The translations under genes were made by a program, and so were the position numbers. Of a stretch of DNA of 64,000 nt, positions 1 to 9,117 are shown one piece after another (positions within the stretch are counted from its first letter, which is position 1; every line of letters begins with the position of its first letter). Location of the stretch: the NCBI GenBank assembly GCA_025061115.1, contig JANZKC010000003.1, positions 129,196 through 193,195 on the forward strand. Reading direction: 5' to 3'. The notes under the pieces are model-generated. The model was not told the origin of the DNA and made no database searches. It saw nothing but the letters and a program-made list of their open reading frames with translations. This DNA comes from Candidatus Culexmicrobium cathedralense (GTDB lineage Archaea; Thermoproteota; Methanomethylicia; Culexarchaeales; Culexmicrobiaceae).

Positions 1-23
1 TTAAGTATGGAAATCTCATAGCC

Positions 24-1214
24 GTGGCAGTGATATCATTAATTGTAGGCGCCGCTATTTCCTACGCTTTAATTCCGCCAAGAATTGTAGAGAAGCCCGT
101 TACTGTTCCAGTGGAGAGAGGACTTAAGGCTGCTTGGATTTACGTTGGACCAGTTGGTGACTTTGGCTGGACCCATGCACACGATGTTGGTAGGCGCTAT
201 GTTGAAAACAAGTTCAGTTGGCTAAATACGACTAAGATTGAGGAGGTTGAGGCAGGGGAAGTTGAAGCAGTTGTTGAAATGCTCGTGCAGCAAGGTTATA
301 ATGTTATATTTACAACTAGCTTCGAATTCATGAACCCAACGATAAAGGCTGCTAAAAAGTATCCTGATGTCATATTCTTCCATTGCGCAGGCTGTATGAG
401 GGCGCCTAACGTTGGAACTTACTTCGCTGAATTTTACCAGTTATACTACCTAAATGGATTGATGGCTGGAGCTCTAACTAAGACAAATAAGGTGGGTTAC
501 GTAGCTGCACACCCAATTCCTGAAGTTATAAGGCACATCAATGCTTTTGCTCTCGGTGTAAAGGAAGTAAATCCGGATGCAAAGGTCCACGTAGTTTGGA
601 TAAATGCGTGGTATGATCCGCAGTTAGCTAGGGAGGCTGCCGAAGCACTTATAGCCGAAGGGTGTGACGTGCTTGCTTTCACTGAAGATTCTCCGACTGT
701 TGTTGAGGTTGCTCAAGAACACTACGATTTAGGCGAGCCAGTATACGTGTTCGCCCACTATAGTCCAATGCTATCCTTCGGTAAAGATGTTTGTGTTAGC
801 GGTCAGCTAGTGCATTGGGAGGTAATATATGAAGACATCATTGCTAAGGTCTATGCTGGAGCATACAACACAACCAACCTTGAAAACGTGGATTACTGGT
901 GGATGTTAAGGGAAGGCGCAGTTGAACTTGGAGCCGACTTTGGAGTGCCAATAAATCCAAAGTTCATTCCAGTGCTTCAGGAAAAGGTGATTGACCACCC
1001 AGAGTTTGGAGAAATAAGCGTGTATGACCTAGTAATGAAGAGACTTGAACAGATGAGCGAACCTACAGTGATATTCGACCCATTCACCGGCCCAATCTAT
1101 GATCAAAATGGAGTTCTACGCATACCTGCAGGACAAAGAGCCAGCCACGATGAACTATGGACGATGAACTGGTTCGTCGACAACGTGGTTGGAACTATTC
1201 CATCGGGAGGCTAA
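24..1214 (+). CDS. BMP-family (PnrA/Med-like) ABC-transporter substrate-binding protein
   Basis: 396-aa ORF with an N-terminal hydrophobic anchor (AVISLIVGAAISYALI) and BMP/PnrA-like binding-protein sequence (YVGPVGDFGWTHAHD, GYVAAHPIPEV). First gene of a binding protein-ATPase-permease-permease operon. The frame is open to the window edge, so the GTG start at 24 is provisional. Confidence 0.8.
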   Translation: MAVISLIVGAAISYALIPPRIVEKPVTVPVERGLKAAWIYVGPVGDFGWTHAHDVGRRYVENKFSWLNTTKIEEVEAGEVEAVVEMLVQQGYNVIFTTSFEFMNPTIKAAKKYPDVIFFHCAGCMRAPNVGTYFAEFYQLYYLNGLMAGALTKTNKVGYVAAHPIPEVIRHINAFALGVKEVNPDAKVHVVWINAWYDPQLAREAAEALIAEGCDVLAFTEDSPTVVEVAQEHYDLGEPVYVFAHYSPMLSFGKDVCVSGQLVHWEVIYEDIIAKVYAGAYNTTNLENVDYWWMLREGAVELGADFGVPINPKFIPVLQEKVIDHPEFGEISVYDLVMKRLEQMSEPTVIFDPFTGPIYDQNGVLRIPAGQRASHDELWTMNWFVDNVVGTIPSGG

Positions 1215-1311
1215 ACCCTACCCTTATTTTATTTGGGGGATATCCTGCTTGAATCTGAATTTAAATCAAATTTCATATTCATCAAATGAAAATACAGAAT
1301 ATGTAGTTGAA

Positions 1312-2799
1312 ATGAAGGGCATAGTTAAGCGTTTTTTCAATGTAATTGCAAATGATCATATAGATTTCAAACTTAGGCGAGGAGAAATTCACGCGCTTCT
1401 AGGTGAAAATGGAGCTGGAAAAACTACTTTAATGAACATTCTATATGGAATTTATACTCCAGATGAGGGAGAAATCTACGTTAATGGTAGGCTGGTTGAA
1501 ATTAAAACTCCGAGAGATGCAATTAAGCTTGGAATTGGAATGGTTCATCAGCACTTCATGCTTGTCGAAACATTAACAGTAGCTGAAAATTTAGCACTTG
1601 AACTTGAAACCAGCTTCCTAAATCCCACTGAGGAAGTTAGGTTGAAAGTGGAGGAGATCATGGAAAAGTATGGGTTAAAGGTGAACTTAGATGCTAAAGT
1701 TTGGCAATTATCCACTGGGGAAAAGCAAAGAATTGAAATTCTAAAAGCAATTTGCAGGGGGGCCAATATACTAATACTCGATGAGCCAACATCAGTTTTA
1801 ACTCCTGGGGAAGTGCGAGAGCTATTCAAATTCTTGAAGCGAATGGCTAGTGAAGGAAAGTCAATAATATTTGTAACTCATAAGTTGAAGGAAGTTATGG
1901 AAATCAGCGACCGCGTGACCGTATTGAGGAAAGGCAAAGTTGTAGGGATATTGGATACTTCCAAGACAAACGAATATGAATTAGCTAAATTAATGGTTGG
2001 AAGAGAAGTCATATTTGAGCTTGAAAAGGCACCTTCCAAGCTTTCCGATCCTCAACTTGTAGTTGAGAAGCTAAATGTATTGAATGATAGAGGTCAACTT
2101 GCTGTTAAAGATGTTTCTTTTGAAGTTAGGGGCGGAGAAATTTATGGCATTGCAGGAGTTGCAGGTAATGGCCAAAAAGAGCTTGTTGAGGCCATAACTG
2201 GATTAAGAAGAGTTGTTTCTGGCAAGATCTACATTGGCGGTGTAGATGCAACTAATAGAGGACCTAGCGCCGTCAGAAGAATGGGAGTTGCCTTTATTCC
2301 TGAAGATAGGAAAATGGGCTTTGTTCCAAGCATGAGCGTAGCTGAGAATTTAGTTTTAAAGCGGTATAGGGAAAGTCCATTTTCTAATCGCTTCTTCCTA
2401 AACTACGATGCAATTCAGCTTTATGCGAAGAAGCTCATTGAAGAATATAAAATAGACACTCCAAGTGAAAGGTCGCCAGCCAAGCTACTTTCAGGAGGTA
2501 ATGTTCAAAGGATGATTTTGGCAAGGGAACTTTCGAATGGAAGTGAAGTTATAATTGCAGTTCACCCGACATATGGCTTGGATGTAGGGTCAACCGAATA
2601 TGTTAGACGGCTTTTATTGAAGAGGAGGAGTGAAGGTGCAGCAATTCTTCTAGTCTCCGAAGACTTAGATGAAATTTTAAGTTTAAGTGATAGAATAGCA
2701 GTGATGTTTGAAGGTAAAATAGTTGGCGAACTTCCTTGCGAGAAAGCTGATATAGAAACTTTGGGGCTAATGATGTCAGGAGCATATGCGAGGCGTTGA
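1312..2799 (+). CDS. ABC transporter ATP-binding protein with duplicated ATPase cassettes
   Basis: Two cassettes: Walker A GENGAGKTT and GVAGNGQKE, signatures LSTGEKQR and LSGGNVQR, Walker B ILILDEP. The ORF-track start at 1189 overlaps the upstream gene, so ATG 1312 (MKGIVKRF) was chosen. Confidence 0.9.
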   Translation: MKGIVKRFFNVIANDHIDFKLRRGEIHALLGENGAGKTTLMNILYGIYTPDEGEIYVNGRLVEIKTPRDAIKLGIGMVHQHFMLVETLTVAENLALELETSFLNPTEEVRLKVEEIMEKYGLKVNLDAKVWQLSTGEKQRIEILKAICRGANILILDEPTSVLTPGEVRELFKFLKRMASEGKSIIFVTHKLKEVMEISDRVTVLRKGKVVGILDTSKTNEYELAKLMVGREVIFELEKAPSKLSDPQLVVEKLNVLNDRGQLAVKDVSFEVRGGEIYGIAGVAGNGQKELVEAITGLRRVVSGKIYIGGVDATNRGPSAVRRMGVAFIPEDRKMGFVPSMSVAENLVLKRYRESPFSNRFFLNYDAIQLYAKKLIEEYKIDTPSERSPAKLLSGGNVQRMILARELSNGSEVIIAVHPTYGLDVGSTEYVRRLLLKRRSEGAAILLVSEDLDEILSLSDRIAVMFEGKIVGELPCEKADIETLGLMMSGAYARR

Positions 2800-3887
2800 A
2801 GTTGATTGAAATTAAGCTGGAGAAGAGGCCTCTACCTTCAAGGATTGAGGCTTTCACTTACTCGGTAATATCTGTAGTCTTCGCTTTAGCTGTTAGCGGC
2901 GCTATTTTAAAAGTTTATGGAGTGGATCCTGTAAGTGCATACGGGATTATTGTATTTCACGTATTTGGAAGTCTTCCAGGCATCTCAGAGACCATCGTCA
3001 AGTTAATTCCATTAACGCTTTGCGGCGTTGGGTTAACGGTTGCTTTTAGAGCTAGATTATGGAATATTGGCGCGGAAGGTCAGCTCCTTTTGGGAGCAAT
3101 AGCTGCAACTGGAGTTGCCCTATTTAGCGGAGATTTGCCATCCTACGTGTTAATTCCATTAATGTTTCTTGCAGGATTCTTGGCAGGCGCACTTTGGGGG
3201 GCAATTCCAGCATTACTGAAAGCTGTTTTAAATGTCAATGAGGTGATTGTCACGACTATGATGAATTATATTGCAATAGAGCTAGTTAGATACTTAATAT
3301 ACGGGCCTTGGAGGGGGGCAAAGGAGTGGGGTTACCCCATCACTGATGAAATACCAGATGCAGCTAAACTGATTTGCATTCCAGGAACTAGAATTCACAT
3401 TGCAACGCTAGCAATTGCTGTGGCATCAGTCATCCTAATTTACATTTTAATAACAAGGACGACTTTCGGCTTTGAACTTCGAGTTGTAGGTGGAAATCCT
3501 GAAGCTGCTAAATACGCGGGTGTTAGTTATCTTAAGATTGTCCTATTGTCAATGATAATAAGTGGCGGACTTGCTGGTTTGGCTGGGACTGGAGAAATTG
3601 CAGGAATACACTATAGGTTACGATATCCCGAGAGCATTTCCATGGGTTATGGCTTCACGGCCATAATTGTTGCTTGGCTGGCCAGGCTAAATCCATTGCT
3701 GGTTTTAGTCACTTCTATTTTCTTTGGAGGTCTACTTGTCGGAGGATATGTTATGAAAATAATGCTAGGGCTTCCCGTCGCAATGGTCAATATATTTAAT
3801 GGTTCAACGCTTATGTCCCTGCTATTATGCGAGCTTTTGCTACAATATAAGATCAAATTCATAGTGAAGAGGAGGGAGATGCATTGA
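2796..3887 (+). CDS. ABC transporter permease (BMP-system inner-membrane component)
   Basis: 363-aa polytopic membrane protein. 4-nt start/stop overlap with the ATPase gene. Position and size are typical of the first permease of BMP/nucleoside-type systems. Confidence 0.85.
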   Translation: MKLIEIKLEKRPLPSRIEAFTYSVISVVFALAVSGAILKVYGVDPVSAYGIIVFHVFGSLPGISETIVKLIPLTLCGVGLTVAFRARLWNIGAEGQLLLGAIAATGVALFSGDLPSYVLIPLMFLAGFLAGALWGAIPALLKAVLNVNEVIVTTMMNYIAIELVRYLIYGPWRGAKEWGYPITDEIPDAAKLICIPGTRIHIATLAIAVASVILIYILITRTTFGFELRVVGGNPEAAKYAGVSYLKIVLLSMIISGGLAGLAGTGEIAGIHYRLRYPESISMGYGFTAIIVAWLARLNPLLVLVTSIFFGGLLVGGYVMKIMLGLPVAMVNIFNGSTLMSLLLCELLLQYKIKFIVKRREMH

Positions 3888-4816
3888 GCTGGCAGGTTTA
3901 TCTTGGAGATCTGCTTTACTCGATGATAAGGGCGGGTACTCCGCTGCTTCTTGGAACTTTGGGTGAGATCTATGCTGAAAGAGCTGGCGTGCTTAATTTG
4001 GGAGTTGAGGGAATGGTCATTGTCGGGGCAGTAACCGGCTATGTCGTAACGCTTTCAACTGGAAATCCATGGCTTGGAGTTCTTGCTGCTGCAATTTCTG
4101 GGGGGGCACTATCTCTGATTCATGCTTTCTTAAGCATAACCTTGAGAGCAAACCAAGTGGTTTCAGGGTTAGCTCTAACCATGCTTGGGCTGGGGTTAAG
4201 TTCAATTATAGGCAGAATTTTTATCGGAATTCCCCTGCCATCATCTATAACTCCAATCGAGATCCCCATTCTAAGTAAAGTGCCAATTATCGGTCAAGCC
4301 CTTTTCAGTCATGACCCCCTCGTGTACTTCTCAATGCTCTTAGCTCCAATTATGTGGTTCGTATTATATAAGACTAGAATTGGAATAAAAATTAGGGCTG
4401 TAGGCGAAAATCCTGCAGCGGCTGACGCAGCCGGCATAAACGTGTACATGATAAGGTACATCTGCGTTTTCATCGGAGGATTACTTTCAGGACTTGCTGG
4501 AGCATATCTCTCTGAATCCTATACGCCAGCTTGGATTGAAAATCTCACAGCTGGAACTGGCTGGATTATTGTTGGCTTAACGATCTTTGCGCTTTGGAAC
4601 CCAATTAGGGCTATGCTTGGCTCATATCTGTTTGGAGGAGTTAGGGTGCTCCAGTTTAGACTTCAACCTCTTGGCATTTCACCTAACCTGCTGGCAATGC
4701 TCCCATACATTTCCACAATAGTTGTATTACTTATCGGAGTTAAAGAAACTCTTAGGAAGCGAATTGGAGCGCCTTCAGCTTTGGGAGTGCCGTATGTAAG
4801 GGAGGAGCGGGAGTAG
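3884..4816 (+). CDS. ABC transporter permease (second membrane component)
   Basis: 310-aa polytopic membrane protein. 4-nt overlap with the upstream permease. Glycine-rich TM helices as in the paired permeases of BMP systems. Confidence 0.85.
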   Translation: MSWQVYLGDLLYSMIRAGTPLLLGTLGEIYAERAGVLNLGVEGMVIVGAVTGYVVTLSTGNPWLGVLAAAISGGALSLIHAFLSITLRANQVVSGLALTMLGLGLSSIIGRIFIGIPLPSSITPIEIPILSKVPIIGQALFSHDPLVYFSMLLAPIMWFVLYKTRIGIKIRAVGENPAAADAAGINVYMIRYICVFIGGLLSGLAGAYLSESYTPAWIENLTAGTGWIIVGLTIFALWNPIRAMLGSYLFGGVRVLQFRLQPLGISPNLLAMLPYISTIVVLLIGVKETLRKRIGAPSALGVPYVREERE

Positions 4817-4826
4817 TTTAATAATA

Positions 4827-5261
4827 TTAAATGCCGGCAAAAGGTAAGATTGCGCCAAATTGGAAAGCGATGAAATATGCAAATAAGCTTGCCATTAATA
4901 AGGCTGATGCCAAATCGCTTCTTGCAATTCTGTCTCTTAAGAATAAGTAGTAATTAGTGAAAAATTCAACTACAAATGAAGCTGCAATATAGGTTAACGC
5001 CACTGCTATTAAGTAAGCGTAAATTGAAGTCATGTAAATTGGAATTGCAATTTGAGTTAACCATATAGCTTGCATAATTACTATGAAAAGCAAAGTACTT
5101 ATTAGATTTGAGAGTAATGCTTGAATAGTATACTTGATGTTTCTAACCGGTTTTCCAAAAAGCATGAATAGCATTATAATTTTAACAATTGAAGTAATGG
5201 CATATAGAAATGCGAAGTCCTTAATAATTTCACCTATCAATATGTGGTGGGCTGTTTGCAA
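4827..5261 (-). CDS. hypothetical polytopic membrane protein
   Basis: 144-aa ORF consisting almost entirely of four hydrophobic helices. No recognisable motif. Confidence 0.5.
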   Translation of the reverse strand: MQTAHHILIGEIIKDFAFLYAITSIVKIIMLFMLFGKPVRNIKYTIQALLSNLISTLLFIVIMQAIWLTQIAIPIYMTSIYAYLIAVALTYIAASFVVEFFTNYYLFLRDRIARSDLASALLMASLFAYFIAFQFGAILPFAGI

Positions 5262-5302
5262 AGCTAAATCCCAACATATCTTAAGAAACGGTTCTTATCA
5301 AT

Positions 5303-5812
5303 TTATTGCTCCTCAAATTTTAATGCTACTTTCAGCGCATTCTCTCTTAAAGCTTTTTCAAACTTGTCAATAACCTTACCAGCTTCGAAATAGTCTTGAT
5401 AATCAGATGTTATGTGATATTTTCCATCCAAATTTAATGTAACTAGCATTCCAACCTGCTCTCCTTCATACTTGAATTGGATGTCGAATGAAATGCAAGT
5501 TACAAGCGCATCTAGAGGAGCATAACTACTTAATATTTCAAGTGCTTTCCAAAACCTATCTTCCGTATATTTTTCTCTACAATCCAAGTATATCATGAAG
5601 CCCGCATAGCCTCCATTTGTGAGTGGATTGGTGAATTCCTCAATTAACTTATCCTCGAATTCACTCACCGCGCAAGACAAGTAGATCATTATCCATTGAA
5701 GGTCTCCCGTTAAGTGAATTGCCTTTGCTATGAGTTCAAAGATATTTTCCACGCGCAATTTTATCCACAAATTAATTGTCATTTTGAGCTTCATTAACCT
5801 TCCTATCTGCAT
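5303..5812 (-). CDS. hypothetical protein
   Basis: 169-aa ORF with no motif recognised. Its first 41 nt overlap the comB-like stop, so an internal Met (MKLKM / MTINL) is the more likely start. Confidence 0.45.
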   Translation of the reverse strand: MQIGRLMKLKMTINLWIKLRVENIFELIAKAIHLTGDLQWIMIYLSCAVSEFEDKLIEEFTNPLTNGGYAGFMIYLDCREKYTEDRFWKALEILSSYAPLDALVTCISFDIQFKYEGEQVGMLVTLNLDGKYHITSDYQDYFEAGKVIDKFEKALRENALKVALKFEEQ

Positions 5813-6515
5813 CTCTTAAGCTTGTAATTCTCAAATTGGAAATAAATCCATTCTCAACCCACACTGGGACAATGTTAATTGTATCTATGTTTCCGCAATA
5901 AATTACGTCATCTTTATAGCCGATGCTTGACAAGTACCTTCCAGATGGAGTTAGGAGTAGAACTTTCTTAATTAGTGAAGGGTTGGGGGGTTCAGCTAAT
6001 TCGCCATTTAATAGTGCTTGAATTATTTCAGCACAAAGAAGGTCATCAGAGCATGGTGCGCCATACCTTCCAGCGTGAACTATTGATATATCTGTATTCA
6101 TCTCATCTGCCTTTTCATTTGCATATTTTACTAGGCTACTGATGTTTAAGTAGCATCCAAGCATTAAGAGACGAGCTTTTCTTGCAACTTCAATAAGAGG
6201 CGCGCAATTACTGCTAGTGAAAATTACAGTTTTACCCTTTATAACGTTCTTATTATACTCGAGCGGTGAATTGCCAAGTGCAAATCCTTTTATTTTCAAT
6301 CCCCTTCTTTCACCAGCTAAAATGCTATTTCCATAGATTTTAGAGAGCCTAAAAGCTTCCTCAACCTCCTTGACGACGATAACCTTTTCAGCTCCATTAT
6401 TTAAGGCAGTTGTTATAGTGCTTGAAGCTCTAAGCACGTCAACTGCAATTATTATATCTCCTCTACTAACTGCCTCAATTGCACCATTAATGCCGAAAAG
6501 CACGTTGACCTTCAT
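5772..6515 (-). CDS. comB: 2-phosphosulfolactate phosphatase (ComB) family protein
   Basis: 247 aa. The N-terminal AVDVLRASSTITTAL matches the ComB-family DVLRA(T/S)(S/T)TI signature, and the size is typical. Confidence 0.7.
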   Translation of the reverse strand: MKVNVLFGINGAIEAVSRGDIIIAVDVLRASSTITTALNNGAEKVIVVKEVEEAFRLSKIYGNSILAGERRGLKIKGFALGNSPLEYNKNVIKGKTVIFTSSNCAPLIEVARKARLLMLGCYLNISSLVKYANEKADEMNTDISIVHAGRYGAPCSDDLLCAEIIQALLNGELAEPPNPSLIKKVLLLTPSGRYLSSIGYKDDVIYCGNIDTINIVPVWVENGFISNLRITSLRDADRKVNEAQNDN

Positions 6516-6587
6516 GTTCTCACAGCCAAACTAATCTTAACATAAATTTATTAAATATTGTAGCCAACGATTAGTGGGTGAAACTGT

Positions 6588-7100
6588 TTGGCCAAAAAAT
6601 CGACTTGGCTTGAAAAACTAGAAACAATAATTCCTGGATTTAGCGGTTACAAGAAGAAGGAACTGGCTAGAGAAGACGACAGGCTATTGAGAGATTATGT
6701 ATGTAAAGTTCTCAACGACGCTAGAACGAAAATCGAGGAAGCTGCTGCAGCAATTGTTGAGTTAGACTTCAGCTTAGCTAAAAGGCTCAACAACATTGCT
6801 TCAATTATAAGGTACTCTGCAGATAAAGTCAAATTTGCCGAAGCAGGATATGCTTCGCATTACTACAGGGTTAAAGTTGAGCTTGAAACTCTAGAAAAGA
6901 TTAAGGAGGTTGATAACGAACTCATTGGTTCTGCAGAGAAAATTAGGGAGTTAGCCTCAGAAATTGCTAAAATAGCTCCTATCGCTCAAATTCCAAGCGA
7001 TAAGCTAACGCGATTAGCTGAAGAGCTGGGCAGGATCGATGATATTTTGAACCGAAGGCTTAATGTACTTAGAGGGTGGAGTAGTGAAAGTGAGAGTTGA
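6588..7100 (+). CDS. coiled-coil protein of unknown function (first gene of the SPFH/zinc-ribbon operon)
   Basis: 170-aa, charge-rich ORF predicted all-helical (heptad-like LEKIKEVDNELIGSAEKIRELASEIAKI). TTG start. The next gene starts 8 nt after its stop. Confidence 0.6.
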   Translation: MAKKSTWLEKLETIIPGFSGYKKKELAREDDRLLRDYVCKVLNDARTKIEEAAAAIVELDFSLAKRLNNIASIIRYSADKVKFAEAGYASHYYRVKVELETLEKIKEVDNELIGSAEKIRELASEIAKIAPIAQIPSDKLTRLAEELGRIDDILNRRLNVLRGWSSESES

Positions 7101-7108
7101 GGTGAAAC

Positions 7109-8131
7109 TTGTTGATAGATATTATTGGAAAAGGAATGGGTAAAATTGCGAGAAAGGTCAGCGGCCTGCAGCCTAAGGTGATTGAGTGGATAAACCCATC
7201 TGAAGATGAAATTGTTTGGCGCTATCCTGACGAAGTCATTCCTTGGGGAAGTGTTGTAATTGTTAAGGAGTTCGAGTCCGCGATTTTCTATAGGGATGGT
7301 AAAGTTTACGGAGTTTTAGGCGCAGGAAGGCATATACTAGACACTCAAAACGTGCCGTTCTTGAAAGGGCTAGTTGAAGGGCTTTATGGAGAGAGCATAT
7401 TTAAGTCGATGATAATATTCGTATCTCTAAGGAGATTTCAGGGCAAATTTGGCGGAAGAACGCAAACTATAGAACTTGCACCGCTCCTATTTCACGGTAG
7501 CTTCTATTTTAGAGTTGAAGATCCATCAATGTTCGTTAATAAAATAGTAGGTCCTCAAAGCGCCTATACGACTGAAGAGCTGAACAAGTACTTAAGAGGA
7601 TACTTTAATGAGAAGGTAATGTCGTACATGAGCAAGTACAGCATTCAAGACGTGTACGTTAAGCAGACTGAAGTAACCGAGAAACTAACGATAATGCTGA
7701 GAAAGGATTTCAAAGAGCTTGGAATAGCTTTGGAGAAAGTCGTATTTGAGGGAATTGACACTGAAGGCGAGTGGCGGGATAGGCTGTTCTGGATAATGAA
7801 GGGTGGAGTTCAAACTGGATACGTGCTTCAAATGGAAACAGCGAAGGAAGTTGCAAAAGAGCTTGGCAAAAGTCCTGGAGCTGCTATTGGAACTGGCATA
7901 GTAATGATTCCACCATTGCTTCAACCGCCGCCACCAGTCAAACCTCAGCAGCCAGCAGCTACTACTGCAGCCCCGTCATATCAACCCATATGCCCATACT
8001 GCGGTAAACCCGTACCATTTGGAGCAAAGTTTTGTCCACACTGTGGAAAGCAAGTAAAGTGGTGCTCTAAGGGTCATCTAGCATCCTCCGAGGCAAAGTA
8101 CTGCTCAATATGCGGTGAACCCATCGCATAA
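7109..8131 (+). CDS. SPFH/band-7 domain protein with C-terminal double zinc ribbon (YdjI/COG4260-like)
   Basis: 340 aa. The N-terminal ~250 aa resemble the SPFH domain of YdjI-type proteins. Pro-rich linker (PPLLQPPPPVKPQQP). C-terminal CPYCG..CPHCG..CSICG zinc-ribbon motifs. Confidence 0.7.
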   Translation: MLIDIIGKGMGKIARKVSGLQPKVIEWINPSEDEIVWRYPDEVIPWGSVVIVKEFESAIFYRDGKVYGVLGAGRHILDTQNVPFLKGLVEGLYGESIFKSMIIFVSLRRFQGKFGGRTQTIELAPLLFHGSFYFRVEDPSMFVNKIVGPQSAYTTEELNKYLRGYFNEKVMSYMSKYSIQDVYVKQTEVTEKLTIMLRKDFKELGIALEKVVFEGIDTEGEWRDRLFWIMKGGVQTGYVLQMETAKEVAKELGKSPGAAIGTGIVMIPPLLQPPPPVKPQQPAATTAAPSYQPICPYCGKPVPFGAKFCPHCGKQVKWCSKGHLASSEAKYCSICGEPIA

Positions 8132-8145
8132 GCGCGGGAGCGCTT

Positions 8146-9111
8146 ATGAGCAAAGCAATGCTAGCATATCGATGTGAAAGATGCGGAGCACCACTCGAAG
8201 TCACACCTGAAACAATAGTGGCTGTATGTGATTATTGCGGACACCCAAACTGGATGAGCGAAGTTAGAGAGGATATTGTTCTAGTTGCCTCCGTAAGTAA
8301 GGGCGTTATAATAAGAGAATTTAGGCGTAGAATTGAGGAGGATTTCGATCTAAGCAGAATTAAGGATAAGATTGGCGTAACTGAGGTAAGCGGAGTTTAC
8401 GTTCCATTCTACTTTGTAACTATTAAGGCTGAAGCAACTTATGAAGGCTACATCAAGAAGATCGAGCGTGTCGGAAGGGGTAAAAAGGCTAGGTGGATTA
8501 CCAAGAGGGAAATAGTGAGCGGCACTTTAAGAAGCATTTTAAAATTGCCAGTGCTAGCTAGAAGGAGCGCTGAGGATTTTTCAATAAATGAGCTGGCCGA
8601 GCACTACAAATATTCAAAGCCAGAATTGATGAAGCTTGAGGACGTGGATTGGGAGAAATTTAGATTGACAGTCTTAAGTGCTGAAATAACTTCTGATGAG
8701 GCTGCTAAAATAGCTAGAGATGAAGCCGGTGATAGAATGAGAGCACGTGCAGAGTCGAAGGTCGACAATTTGACTGAATTCCACTGCACAACAAAGGTTC
8801 TTTCAATCTCCCCCATAACTCTCCTTCCATACTGGTACTTGGTGTATAGGTTCGGGGGTTCCCATTACAGAGCTGCATATGCAGGGTGGAATTGCCACTT
8901 ACTTGCGATTCAAGAGCCGGTTTTAATTTATCATAGAGCGCTCTATTTTGTGGGAGCATTACTGGGATGCGGAATATCTGCTATGGGATTGACATTCGCC
9001 GCAACTATGAATAATTTAGGATTGTCTATTGGATTGTTAGCTTTAGGCGCAGGAATTAGTTATGCATTTGGAAGAAGAATGGTTTCAGACGTGAGAGTTG
9101 AGAAGGAATGA
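8146..9111 (+). CDS. zinc-ribbon membrane protein (YdjG-like architecture)
   Basis: 321 aa. N-terminal CERCG(x17)CDYCG ribbon, soluble middle part, and C-terminal hydrophobic Gly/Ala-rich helices (LGCGISAMGLTFAA, GLLALGAGISYAFG). Confidence 0.6.
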   Translation: MSKAMLAYRCERCGAPLEVTPETIVAVCDYCGHPNWMSEVREDIVLVASVSKGVIIREFRRRIEEDFDLSRIKDKIGVTEVSGVYVPFYFVTIKAEATYEGYIKKIERVGRGKKARWITKREIVSGTLRSILKLPVLARRSAEDFSINELAEHYKYSKPELMKLEDVDWEKFRLTVLSAEITSDEAAKIARDEAGDRMRARAESKVDNLTEFHCTTKVLSISPITLLPYWYLVYRFGGSHYRAAYAGWNCHLLAIQEPVLIYHRALYFVGALLGCGISAMGLTFAATMNNLGLSIGLLALGAGISYAFGRRMVSDVRVEKE

Positions 9112-9117
9112 TGTGAA

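Noticed and set aside
5772-6515. ComB-like phosphatase considered as evidence for coenzyme M biosynthesis, and hence for CoM-S-S-CoB as the Hdr substrate.
   Set aside because: No other com, mcr, mtr or CoB biosynthesis genes are in the window. ComB homologues are widespread outside methanogens. The gene is 20 kb from the Hdr genes and on an unrelated transcription unit.
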